NCBI GenBank assembly: GCA_030390025.1
Contig: CM059431.1
Coordinates: 153,824,001-153,888,000 of the forward strand
Direction: 5' to 3'
DNA: 64,000 nucleotides
Source of the DNA: Squalus acanthias
Taxonomy: Eukaryota
The notes under the pieces: generated by a model
What the model was told of the DNA's origin: nothing
The model's input: the letters and a program-made list of their open reading frames with translations, nothing else
Database searches by the model: none
Program-made: the position numbers and the translations under genes
In this document: positions 1 to 12,199 of the stretch, piece by piece
Layout of the letters: each line of letters starts with the position of its first letter
How positions within the stretch are numbered: position 1 is the stretch's first letter

Positions 1-1450
1 TGGTGTGGATGGGGAATGTTTGGGCCTCTGTTCAAGGAACAAGCGGAGCGCGCTCAGGTCATCCTGGTGGGGAATGGAGGTGTTAAGGAATTGTACGTAC
101 ATAGTGAAATGTAAACGGTTGGGGACAGGAAACAGGAAACTGTTAAAGTGGCAGAGGGCTTCGGAAGAGTTTCGGATGTAGGTGGGAAGAGACTGGACAA
201 GGGGAGAAAAAATAGTGTCGAGATAGGATAAGTTAAGTTCCTTGGGGCAAGAACAGGCTGAAACGATGGGTCTACCATGGCAGTCCTGTGTGTCGATCTT
301 GGGAAGGAGGTAGAAGCGGGCTGTGCGGGGTTGGGGATCAATGAGTTTGGCGGCTGTGGAGGAAAGATCTCCAGAGGAGATTAGGTCAGTGACGGTCTTG
401 GAAACGTTTGCTTGATGTTCGGTAGTGGGGTCACGGTCCAGGCAGAGGTAGGAGGAGGTGCCGGAGAGTTGGCGTTGAACCTCCGCTAGGTAGAGGTCAG
501 TTCGCAAAACAAAAACAGCACCACCCTTGTCTGCAGGTTTAATGACAATTTTGGGGATGGATCTGAGAGAATGGAGTGCTGCAAGTTCACATGGAGGTAG
601 GTTTGAGTGAGTGAGGGGTAGAAAGAAATTGAGACAACCGATGTCACGCCGACGGTTTGCAATGAAAAGAACTAGAGCGTTTAAGAGGCCAGAGGGAGAG
701 ATCCAGGCAGAAGGATAATTCTGAAAAGGGGAGAAAGGGTCAGCCGTGCGGGGGGAAGTTCCTGGCCAAAGAAGTGGGCATGGAGACGAAGGCGGCGGAA
801 AAAGTGCTCAGCATAGTGCCGAGCTCGAAATTCATTGAGAAGGGGCGTAAGGGGATGAAGCTCATGCATTTGCTAAGGACTGATCGTTCGGTGTCAGACA
901 GCGGAAGGTCAGAGTTGATAGTGTAACCACAGCAGGGGTTGAGATTGGAAGAAGTGCTGGGGTCAGACAAAAGTGAAGGGTAAGAAGGTTCCGGAGTGGT
1001 GTTGGTGTCCAAGAGTTGTTGAAGCTTGCGATCCTTGACACCTGAAAGTAAGAAAAAACGTTTTTTGCAAAAGCGCCGAATGAGGCGAAGGATGAAATGG
1101 AAGTGAGGTCCAGGATAGCTTTGAGATAGAGTGAGGCATTGCTGCTGAAGAACCTGGTCGAGAGTGTTCATTTGGCGGCGCATGGAATTCAGCGTGGATC
1201 TCAGGATAGGGCAAGAGCAGTGTTTCGAGGAACGCTGACTATCATGGAGGTATCTGTAGTCCTGTGTGGATCCAAAACACGAAGGGTGGAATTTTAGTTG
1301 GAATACACATGGAGTAAGTCGGAGGCGGAGAAAGTTGCTGAGGAAAGATATGTGGCTGTGAAAAAGGAGACAGAAAGCAATGAAGATGATCAAGATAAAA
1401 GAGACAAACGGATATCCCGCCGGAGAGTAGAGCAGAACTTCTTCAATTGG
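1..1450 (-). mobile_element. Penelope-like retroelement fragment (N-terminal region and start of RT), decayed
   Basis: Minus-strand translation gives motifs typical of Penelope ORFs (HSHISFLS, LPLSDTERSVLSK, KPADKGGAV near 510-540, TSIPHQD near 55-80), with frameshifts. Confidence 0.75.
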
Positions 1451-1479
1451 GCATTCTTAGAAGATTGATCTTCTTAAAA

Positions 1480-1770
1480 AGCTTATGCCTAGTAAAAAAA
1501 AAAAAAATTCACTCATTTATATTTTAAAAATACTTTAAAAAAATGTAAGTTTATTTTTAGCCCGGTAAAAAAATTATTTAAAAAATATTTAATTTATTGT
1601 AATTTCAACTCATTTTAAAAACGTGATTTAAAAAAAATATTTAAAGTTTTGACTGTGCTTTTGGGATGATCGCCATTCATACATTTGACAGATCTATCTG
1701 TCAAGTGTATGAAGGGAGGTTTACTTCCATTGGACCCCATGGCCCACGTGATCCCAGGGACGCTTGGAAA
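1480..1770. mobile_element. Partial copy of the AT-core MITE family
   Basis: Shares the AT-rich core and ccatggcccacgtgatccca motif with 17700-18020. Confidence 0.6.
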
Positions 1771-2334
1771 TACATGCAAAAACGAGAATGGAATCAAAGA
1801 GAATCATTTGGCATGTCAAAACCAAATGATGTCTTGAGGTTGTGGTTGAAATTGTGGAAGGATTCGCAGGATAATTAACATCGTGACAGGGTCCCATACA
1901 ACACTGCTTCCATGTCCATAACCATCTCTTATACCAGCCCATAGGGTGGTTAGGTTCTCGAGGTCTGGACGGTTTTAAGGGTTCCTTTTACTGATACGAT
2001 GAAGAGGTGTGGGGCAATGTACAGCCACTAGAGGTGAGTTTCCCGCTGGTTATTACCGCAGAATTCAGTATTGGAGCTTAGGTTTCAGCTCGGTGCGATC
2101 AGGGTTCGCACCCTGGCCCTTGTCACTCAGATGCGAGAATGTTGCTACGATGTCAAAGTCCAGAAGTGAAGAGGTTTTATTAATAGAGGTGGGCAGATCG
2201 AATTAATTCACAATTTTAAAGGAGTGCATTCTGTCCTATTTGTTTAGATATTATTTGTGATACATAATAACAAAGCTATTAACAATGTAGCTTGCAGATA
2301 AGTGGAGTTCACTGATGCTTTGCGATTTCTTGGC

Positions 2335-3049
2335 TGGGAGCTGGACAATGATTTTTGGAGGCGCTGGTTGGAGTCTGCCCACGTGCCGAGTCCTGGAATC
2401 AGGAAAAATCTACGAACTTACCTGAGTCCCGGGACGCAAACACTTCCGATCCTGGGCCTCTCCAAACTCCAAGTTCGCAGGGCTCACGTATCCCCGAGGC
2501 GCATGTAGTTCGCAGCGTCTTTGGGATCAGTGGGCCATGGGGAGCCAATCAAAGAAGGGAATCTCCCTCAAATGACTTGACAGGAAGACCTGTCAAATAT
2601 ATGAATGGAGGTCACCCCAAAAACATAGTAACATTTTAAATATTTTTTTTTTAAATCACATTTTTAAAATGACTTGAACTTACAATAAATTAAATATTTT
2701 ATACAAAAAATAATAATTTTTGAAAAGAAAATTAAGTTTTTCACGGGGCTAAAAGTAAACTAACCTTTTTTAAAGTAATTTTAAATGATAAATCAGGCCT
2801 TACTCCTGCTTTTACAAGGCGTAAGAATTGCAAGGGTTTTCTGCGAGCGGAGGGTCTCAAAAAGCGGAACTATCCGCCCGCAGTGGCCCTTCTCCAGGGC
2901 AGCCGGAGGATCTGTCAATAGCATTCTTGACAGATGGTAATGCCGGTTTTCAGCGCATGCGCTGTGCATGCCTGAAACCGGCATTTCGATGTCCCTACGG
3001 GTGGGTACACAGCGCGTAGCCACCCGTCGGGATCGGAATATCTGGGCCA
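2335..3049. mobile_element. Non-autonomous DNA transposon (Harbinger-like MITE family)
   Basis: Reverse-complement similarity to 17457-18193; ends in TIR-like ggaatatctgggcc with a subterminal hairpin tacgggtgggtac...cacccgt. Confidence 0.65.
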
Positions 3050-3399
3050 ATATATTACAAAGACATCTAATGCAAAATTAATTTAAAGCAATGTTAAAAT
3101 GGACGGCGTTTTCAAGTGAATGCTGATTTAATTACGCAAGAGAGGTATTCAAGATCACTTGATCAGAATGTGCTCACTCCTGACTGAGTGCTGGACAGCT
3201 CAGCACACAAGTAAAGTGTAAACAAACTAATGCTTGCGACATCCCGCAGGGCTGACAGAGAGAGAGACAGGTGTCACAGGTGGAACGTCTTCCGAAGTAT
3301 TCCAAACTTTCCAGTGGATGTCGACTGCAGGTCTGTGAGTTCGATGGTAAAGTGACATAGGGCTGAGTTCTCGTCGATAATATTGTGTCAAATTGGAGC

Positions 3400-3570
3400 T
3401 ACTTGCTTACACTACATGCAGTACCGAGGGACAGCAGCACAGTCCGAGCTGTCGTCTTTCGGATAAGGCGTTAAACCGAAGTCCTGCCAGCCCGCTCATG
3501 TAGATGTAAACGATCCCACGGCACTTTTTAAAAGAAGAGCATGGAAGTTCCCCGTGTCCTGGCCAGTAAT
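3400..3570 (+). mobile_element. Deu-core SINE fragment (SacSINE1/AmnSINE-like)
   Basis: gtctttcggataaggcgttaaaccgaagtcc...gatcccacggcact...gaagagc resembles the Deu domain consensus as I recall it. Confidence 0.65.
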
Positions 3571-3974
3571 CCTACAATGCCGCACTGGAGTAACAGCCTC
3601 GATATTGTATTCAATCTCAGCAGCGGCCCTAAATGTACATGTATGCACCTTTATGTATTTTTTCCGCGCCAGTCAAAACTTCAGTCTAACACGAAATGGC
3701 CATGCTCTAACTGATGCAGAACCTCGTGCAATTCCTCTGCAGAATGTTATTTAGTGTGAGCATGCATAGCGTGCATGTTCTGCTGTTATAGCGAGTGGCA
3801 GCAAACTTCAGACGTTAGATTCTGAAAAGAAAGTCATTCATTTGCTCTTTTAAGCAAGAGCCAGAAGATAGTGATTGGTAGTGAGAGGCCTGGCTCATTG
3901 ACATATCCTGTACACAAGGCATGCTTTTGCAAATTATGGCGCAGCTATCAACTGGCGATCAGCTAACGCTGCAT

Positions 3975-6900
3975 ATCCCAGGGTACTCTGACCTTCTCAA
4001 GGCCCAATGGCGTTGGGTATTCTGATATTCGACAGCTTCATATGCCAGGATACTCAGATTGTCTCATTATCCGAATAGACCAGAATACACTGCGGACTAC
4101 AGATTCAATAGCCCAGGATACTCTGACCCACTATTTGACTATAACCCAGGTTAATTTAACCCTCTGCAAAGCGCAGTAGCCTTGGTTAGTTTGACCCTCT
4201 GCATAGCCCAAAAGCTCAGAGTACTCTGACTATCTTTACAACCCTTGGTAATCTGAATCATTACACGCACAATTGCACAGTTACTCGAACCCTCAATACC
4301 TGAGGGTACTCTGACCCTCTGAAGGCCCAATAGCCCAGGATACACCGGACTTCTGTATAGCCCTTGCAAAACTGACCCTCTGCAAGCCCTAAATACGATG
4401 GTATGCTGTCCATCTAAATGCCCAGTAGCCCAGAATACTCTGAATCTCTGTATAGCCAAGGGAACTATGACCCTCTGCAAAGCACAGAGTACACTGAGAC
4501 TCTGTCGGCCATAACGGACAGGACACGTTGTCCATTCACAGGCCCAATACCCAGGGTAATCTGACACTCTATATGGCCCGTGGTAATCTGGTCATCGACC
4601 GGCCCAATAAACCTATGTATCTAACCCTCTGTATTGCCGGGTTATTCTGTCCCTCTGCATAACCCTGGGTAATCTGACACTCTGCCTGCCCAATAGCCCA
4701 TGTTCGCTGACCCTCCAAAGGGGTAATAGGACTGAATATTCTGACACTCTGTATCGCCCAGCGTCCTCTGACCCTGTACAGGCAATATATGCCAGGATAC
4801 AGTGACGCTTGATCGGCCCAATTGCCCACAGTACTCTGACCCACTACCTGCTCAATCGTCCAGGTTACACTAACACTCCACATGCTCAATATCACAGGGT
4901 ACTCTGGGCCTGTACAGACCCACTAGCCCATAATACTCTAACATGCTGAAATGCCCATGGTATTCTGACACTCTGCATAGCCCAATATCCCGGGGTACTC
5001 CGATACTCTTTATAGCCCATGCTACTCTGACACATTACACGCGCAATAACCCAACTATTCTTTCCCACTGCCGCCTCTGTAACTCAGGGTTCCTTGACCC
5101 ACTACATGCCCAAAAGACCAGGGTTCACTTTACCTCTAGGGTCAAACAGCCCAGTTGCACTGACCCTCTACAGGCCAATAGCCCTGACTAATCTAACACT
5201 CTGTGTTAGCCTGGGTACTCTGACCCTCGGCAGGTCCAATTAAGAAGGTTACATTGACCCATTATAAGCCTAATTGCCCACGGTAATCTTCCCCTCAATT
5301 TGTTCAAAATCGCCCCGTGTGCCCTGAAGCTCCACAGGCCCGATAACTCAGGGTATTATGACCCATTATGCAGCTCAGGTTATTTGACCCTCTACAGACC
5401 CACTAACCCAGCTTACTTTATCACTCTGAACAGCGCATCGTATTCTGACACGCGTACCCCAAAAGCCTGAAGTTCTCTGAACCTCTTTAATACAGGTATT
5501 CCGCCATTATACATGTTCCACAGCCCAGGATACTCTGAACCTCTGAACAGCCCATGATACTCTGAACCTCTGAACAGCCCAGGTAATCTGACATTTTAGA
5601 CGCACAATAGCTCAGCTACTCTGACCCTCTGCAGGCTCAACAACTGAGGATTTTTTGACCCATTGTAGGTCCAATCGCACAGGGTACTCTTACCTTTCAG
5701 ATGCCCAAAAGCCTAGGATACTGTGAACCTCTGAATAGCCCAGGATACTCTGGACCACTGAATAGCCCAGGATACCCTGCCTCTCCGAATAGACCAGAGG
5801 ACACTGACTCGCTGCAGGCCCAATAGACCAGGGCAATTTGTCCTTTTCGAGGCCTAATAGCCCAGGTTACACTGACCATCTGCATAGCCCAGGTTAATCT
5901 GGTCCTCCCAATATCGCAGTTCACTCTGACCAGCTGCAGAGTCTATGTTACTCTGACCTTATAAATTACCCTGGTTAATCTGACACTCTGCATGCACAAT
6001 GTACTAGTTAATCTTACCCTCTACAGGCTTCATAGCCGAGGGTAATCTGGCACTCTGTGTAGCCCAGGGTACTCTGACACTCTGTAAAGCCAAGGGTACT
6101 CTGACACTCTGTGTAGCCCAGGGTACTCTGACACGCTGTGTAGTCTAGGATGCTATTTCACTCTGTGTAGTTCAGGATACTATGACACTTTGTGCAACCT
6201 AGGGTATTCTGACGCTGTTTGTAGTCCAGTTCATTCTGACGCTCTATCGTCCGGTAATTTCACGGTGCACTTACACTTTATAGCCCAAATTGCCCAGCGC
6301 ACAGTTACCCTCTACCTGCTCATTCGCCCTGGTTGCCCTGGGACACCACATTTCCACTATCTCAGGGTACACTGATCTTCAACAGACCAATTAGCCCAGG
6401 GTACTCTCACACTCTGAACAGCCCATGGGTTTCTGGCACTACATACCTCAAGAGCCCGAGTTATTCTGAAACTCATTCAAGCCCAGTTTACTCTGACACG
6501 TTAAACGTCCAACAGCTCAACTACTCTGACCCTATGCAGGCAGAATAGACCAGGGTAATCTATACCTCTAAAAGCCCAATATCGCCGGGTACTCCTAACC
6601 TCCAGTGGCCCAATTGCTCAGGATATTCTGAACATCTGAATTGCCCTGGATACTCTGTCTCTCTGGTTATCCCAGGGGACACTCACACTCTGCAGGCCCA
6701 ATAGCCCAGGATACGCTGTACCTGCAGGCACAAAAGCACAATATACCGTAATCCTCTGCAAAACCCAGGGCATCCTGACCCACATGTTCCTCTGACACGA
6801 TAGAGACGTAATAGCCCAGGGGACACAGACCCCCCGCAGCCTCAATATCTCAGGGTACTCAGAACAGATAAAGACCGATGGACCAGGCTACTATGATCCC

Positions 6901-8445
6901 TACAGTCCCATTAGCCATGCGGACTCAGATCCAACAGAGTTCCAGTAGTCCAGGCTACACTTTCCCTCTAACGTCCCATTAGCCCGGAGAAATCTGGCAA
7001 TCTTTATATGACAGGTTAGTCTGACACTATTTAGGCACAAAATTACGGGGTACATGGACACTCCTCCGTCTCAATGTCCCAAGGTAATCTGGCCCATGAC
7101 AGCCAATACCTCTCACAACCACTACAGGTCCAATAGCTCAAGGGCAATCTCCCCATCTGCGTAGCAGAGCGTACAGTCAGCCTCTACAGGCCCAATAGTC
7201 TTAGATTATTCTGACGCTCTGCACGCGCAATAGCTCAGGCTAAACTAGCCCGCTGCATACCCAATATCCTCATTACTCTAACCTTTTTCATAGCCCAGTG
7301 TCCTCTGACCATCTGCCGGCCCAATTTCTCAGGGTTTCTGACAAGCTCCGGGCCAATTGCTAAGAGACATTGATCCTCTCTATTGCCAAAGCTGCTCTAA
7401 CCGTCTACAGGCCCAATAGCCCAGAGTATCCAATCCCCTATATAGCCGATTGTAATCTGACCATACACAGTCCCAATAACCCAGGTTACACAGAAACTCT
7501 TCAGTCCAAATCGCCCAAGAGAATCTGACATCAGGCCCAATAGCCCAGGGTAATCTGTGCCTTTATATACCCCGGTAAACTCTTGTGCTTTAAGACCCAA
7601 TAACCCTGGGTACGCTGACAGACCTAATAGTCCAGGGTACTGTACCGCTCTATCGGCGATATATCACAGCGTATGCTGACCACGTACATGCCCAATAGCC
7701 TGGCGTGTGCTGATCCTCTACAGGCCCATTTACTCAGGGAACACTGATCCTCGACATAGCCCAGAGTAATCTGACACGACATAGACCAGGAGACTCAAAA
7801 CATCTACATACACAATAGCCCGTAGCCCAAAGTACTCTAGCCCTCTACAGGCACAATAAATCAGCGTACTGTGGTCCTTTGCGCATTCCAAGTTACTTGA
7901 ATCCTCAAAATAGCCCGTATTCGCTGTCACTCTAAAGACCCTATATAGCTCATGATATTCTGACCCTCTGTTGGTCCAATAGTGCAGGTTACTCTGAACC
8001 TATGCATAGCCCAAGGTAATCTGACCATTTCCAGGCTAATTAGCCCACGGTACGCTAAACCTCTTTACAACCAAGGGTACTCTGAACATCGACAGGCCCA
8101 GTAGCTCAGGGTACTTTGAGCCTCTGCAGGCCGAGTAGCCCAGGGTACTCTCAGGTTCTGTGCATCCCCAGTTACTTTGACCTTCCGCAGGCCCAATATT
8201 GCAGAACGTCTGATTCTCCAAGTAGCCTAATTTACTTTGACCTTTTGAAGGCCGAGTAGCCCAGGGTACTCTGAACTTCTGCCTAGCCCAGGATACTCTG
8301 ACCCTCTACAGGCCCAATAGCCCATGGTCCTCTGATCCTCTGCTTAGCTCAGTATTCTCTGAAACTCCAGAAGATCAACAGCCCAGGATACTATGACCCG
8401 CTGCTTACCTTAGGATACTGTGAACCTCGACAGATCCAATAGCCG
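3975..8445. repeat. Degenerate minisatellite array, 27/34-bp units (agcccagggtactctgaccctct(g/a)caggcccaat)
   Basis: Unit visibly reiterated over ~4.5 kb; near-perfect 27-bp copies at ~6050-6200. Confidence 0.9.
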
Positions 8446-8949
8446 AAGGCTATTAATCTATTAATCTAATTAATCTATGCCTGCACAATTCAATGTTATC
8501 CTTTTGATGCACTGTACAGATTTGGAGCTGATTAGAAAATACCTTGATATTGCTTATAATGTACAACTGCTTCGCTAGGAAGGCTCGAGTGATTCTCGCC
8601 TTAAAACCGATCTATGATCAATTAAAACGGTCTATGCTGATTTTGATGTTCTCTTATGGATATTAGGCCATTATTTTTGTTTTTATGTTAATATTTGGAA
8701 AATTTACAATATTTGAGACTGCATTGGAAATATCCTCAACACATTTTCTTTCAAACTGTGCATCCACATCCAAACGAGTAAGTACAATAACCAGATATTA
8801 TTTGTCAGAAAATCTGGAGAATTGCATTCAAATGCATAGCATTTACAGCACAATAACAGGCCATTTGTCCCAACTTGTTTATGCCGGAGTTTATGATCCA
8901 TCTGAGTCTCCTCCCACCCAATTTCAACTAAACAATACAACATATAATT

Positions 8950-9450
8950 TTATTAATTTCTCCCTCATACACTTATCTAGCTCCCCTTAAATGCATTTAT
9001 GCCATTCACCTCAACTACTCCATGTTTTAGTAAGTTCCACATTCAACCACTCTCTGGATAAATAAATTTGTCCTGAATTTCCTATGGGGTGTAATAGAGA
9101 CTCTTATATTATTGAACCCTAGCTTTGGACATCCGAACATGCTTAAATGTTTTCTCCACATCTACTCTGATCAAATCCCTCCATAATTTTAAGGACCCCT
9201 TTTAGGACACCCCTCTGCTTTCCCCTTTCTTGATAAAAGAACCACAGCGCGTTCAATCTTTCGTGATAGTTATAATCTCTCAGTTCTAGCATCAACCTTG
9301 CAAATATTTTTTCCACCTTCACCAGCGATTCTCTATCCTTTAAATTAGGTTCTATATAAGTATATCATAACTTCTATCCTCGTGAATTCTAATCGTATAG
9401 AAATGAACACGAGTGATCTATTTTCACTTTTTGTGGCCTGTTCACTTGCG
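8950..9450 (-). mobile_element. CR1 LINE 3' fragment, decayed
   Basis: Similar to the better-preserved CR1 3' ends elsewhere in the window. Confidence 0.6.
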
Positions 9451-9454
9451 TTGC

Positions 9455-10070
9455 AAACAGAAAATGCTGGTTATACTCAGCAGGTCAGTAGAGAGAGAAA
9501 CAGAGTTAACGTATGGTAGGTTGCATCGTCAGAGCAGATGAGGCGGTGACAGAGAAACTGGGAGAATGGAATAGAGTAGTTACAGGAAGCTGGTGGGAAG
9601 AAGTGCAGTCCAGGTAGCTGTGGGAGTCAGTGGGCTTATAGTGAATGCTTGTCAATCGCCATTTTTCCAATGAAGCTCAACGTAAGCTCGAGGAACAGCA
9701 CCTTATCATTCGATTAGGCACCTTACAGCCTTCTGGACTCAACATCGAGTTCAACAATTTCAGACCATAACCTCTGCCCCAATTTATTTTCACATGACTG
9801 CTGTTGATGATTCTGCCATTGCCATTTATACCTTATATCGAGTCATCTTTTGTTTCTTAACTTGTACCATTACCATCTCCTTTTGCCTTGCAGCATCATC
9901 CCTTTTGTCTCTTAATCTCTCCTGCCTTCCACCCTCTCACAGACCGTCCCTTTTGTTCTTTCCTCTCCTCGCCCCACTCCCTGCCCTTAGACTTGCTTAA
10001 AAACCTTTGACATCGCTAACTTTTTCCAGTTCTGACGAAGGATCTTTGACCTGAAACATTAACTCCATCT
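9455..10070. mobile_element. Rearranged Penelope fragments with terminal hammerhead-like motif
   Basis: + strand 9670-9765 reads EAQRKLEEQHLIIRLGTLQPSGLNIEFNNFR (GIY-YIG C-terminus); minus strand ~9550-9640 reads KPTDSHSYLD; CTGACGA...GAAA core at ~10032-10056. Confidence 0.7.
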
Positions 10071-10079
10071 GATCTAGTT

Positions 10080-10770
10080 TCTCCAGATAACTGAAACCCA
10101 TCATCCCTGGTACTATTCTAATAAATCATATCTACATTCTCTCCAAGGCATTTACGCCCTTTCTAAAGTATAGCGTCATAATTGGACATAATGATCTAAC
10201 TGAGCTCCAGAAAATGATTCATAAGGTTTTAGCATCAATTACTTGCTTTTGTAATCGATACCTCTATTTACAAAGCAAAGGACCCCTTTCTTTTTTTAAC
10301 AGATTGATTCACTTTCCTGCCTCCTTCAAACATTTGTGTATGCAAACCCCGAGGTCTTTCTCTTCTGCACCCACTTTAAAATTGTACAATGTAGTTTATA
10401 CTGCCTTTGATCATTTTCCTTCCAAAATACATCACGTCGCACGTCTCTGCATTATCTTTCATCTGCCATATGTCTGCCCATTTCACCAGTCTGTGTATGT
10501 CGACATGAAGTTTGCTACTATAATTCTCAATGTTTGCGACATTTCCAAACGTTGTGCTTTCTGCAAACTTTGAAATTATGCCTCTTGTACAGGTCATTAA
10601 TTTATATCGAAAAGAGCAGTGGTCCTAATAACTACCAGTGAGAGACACAATTGCATACTTACCCCAGTCCGGGAAACAACCGTTCACGATAAAACTCTAT
10701 TAGAAAATTTCGTGTCCACGCTGTCAGTGCCCCTTTAATCCCAGGGGCTTCAAGTTTGCTATCAAATAAT
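10080..10770 (-). mobile_element. CR1 LINE RT fragment, decayed
   Basis: ORF 10376-10597 ISKFAESTTFG...KWADIWQM matches the CR1 RT FADDTK region. Confidence 0.7.
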
Positions 10771-10789
10771 TTATGACTTCAGTGTGACC

Positions 10790-11285
10790 GTACTTTTAGT
10801 GACCCTGCTCAAACATTACTGGTGGTGATTCTATCCTAACATTACTGATGATGACGCTAGTCTAACTTTACTGGTTGTGATCCCAATATAAAATTATTGA
10901 TGGTGAATCTATTCTAACATTTCTGGAGGTGAATTTAATCTAACATTACTGATGATGCTGCCTGGCTGTTAAGTATTTGCATCATTCTTTGTTTTTATTT
11001 CATGTTCCACACCTAAAATATTTTGTTTTGCATTACAGGTGATGATTCTACTCAAACGTTCTGGTGGTGACCCTAATCTAACCTTACTGTGGTTACCATA
11101 CCCTATAATTACTGGTGGCGACCCTATTCTGACGTTACTGTTGATTACTGTAGCTTAAAACCATTTACTGGTAGTGCCTCAACTCAAATTAATGGTGGTG
11201 ACTCAACATTAACCCTACTTGTGATGTTCTTAATTTAACTTTACTGATGGTGACTGTTAATGGCTACAGTGTTACTGGTCAGAAT
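10790..11285. repeat. Degenerate ~26-bp minisatellite (tactggtggtgattctatcctaacat)
   Basis: Repeated ttactggtggtga / ctaacattact motifs. Confidence 0.75.
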
Positions 11286-12199
11286 TGTAACGGAACCTGC
11301 TGGGACCGAAAACAACGGGTGTGTCAGAGGAAACTGACCTTCCGCTATATCACCCAGACAGTAGCTGACTGGTCTACTCGGGGAATTAATGGTGTGGAAA
11401 AATATTTATTGGTTTGAATTCGCTATTTTCTCAATTTCTACTTTATAATACATTTTCCGTGAACCGTTGAAAGTGTTGAAATAACATTTTTTTCAAAGAT
11501 TTCAAGCGGGCGAGTGTGTAAAACACAACAGACGGGATATGTATTATCCTTTCTATTTGAGCTTTTTCCCCAATTCTGTTCCATTCTTCAATTTTCTAAT
11601 CTTTCTCTCTTTTTCATCACCCCGTCGCTCTCAGTCTCTTTCTGTATATCTCTCTGTCTATTTCTGTATCTCAGTCTTTATACAATAGCAAAATACTGCG
11701 GATGCTGGAAAAATTCTGACGAGTGGTCCTCGAGCCGAAAAGTTCTGACAATGGGTCCTCGACGCGAATGCATTACATCTGTTTCTTTCTCCTCGATGCT
11801 GCCTAAACAGCTGAGTGTTTCCAACATTTTCTGTTTTTATTTCTCACCCATTATCACTCGCACTGTCTCTTTTTCCCTTTCATGTCTTTATCACTCTCTC
11901 TCTCTCTCTCTCGTTCTGCAATGCAAAATAGAACAGCGTTTAGTAATATAAAGCTAACTTACCTCATGGGCCCCTTTGAACAAAGAAGTTCCCGCGCCAG
12001 GATGACCGAGTATTTGAGTTGTTGGACTTTAGATCCCTTCAGCACATGTTCAACCCCCGCTCCTTTATTTAGTAATGCGTTTCATGTTTAAATTCGCATC
12101 TGCTGGTTGCAAATTTACTTACCCTGCATTAAAGTAACGTGTGTTATAAAATCAATGCGGTTAAAATACTTGCCGGGATACCACAATACATAGTTCAAG

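Noticed and set aside
3975..8445. CRISPR-like array or coding repeat
   Set aside because: No unique spacers, no cas genes, eukaryotic context; ORFs are by-products of the repeat.
8450..8950. Possible decayed exon (LVIVLTRLD...) on the minus strand
   Set aside because: Too degenerate to assign.
11950..12110. Possible additional NLR-related exon
   Set aside because: Only a weak few-residue resemblance; not supportable.
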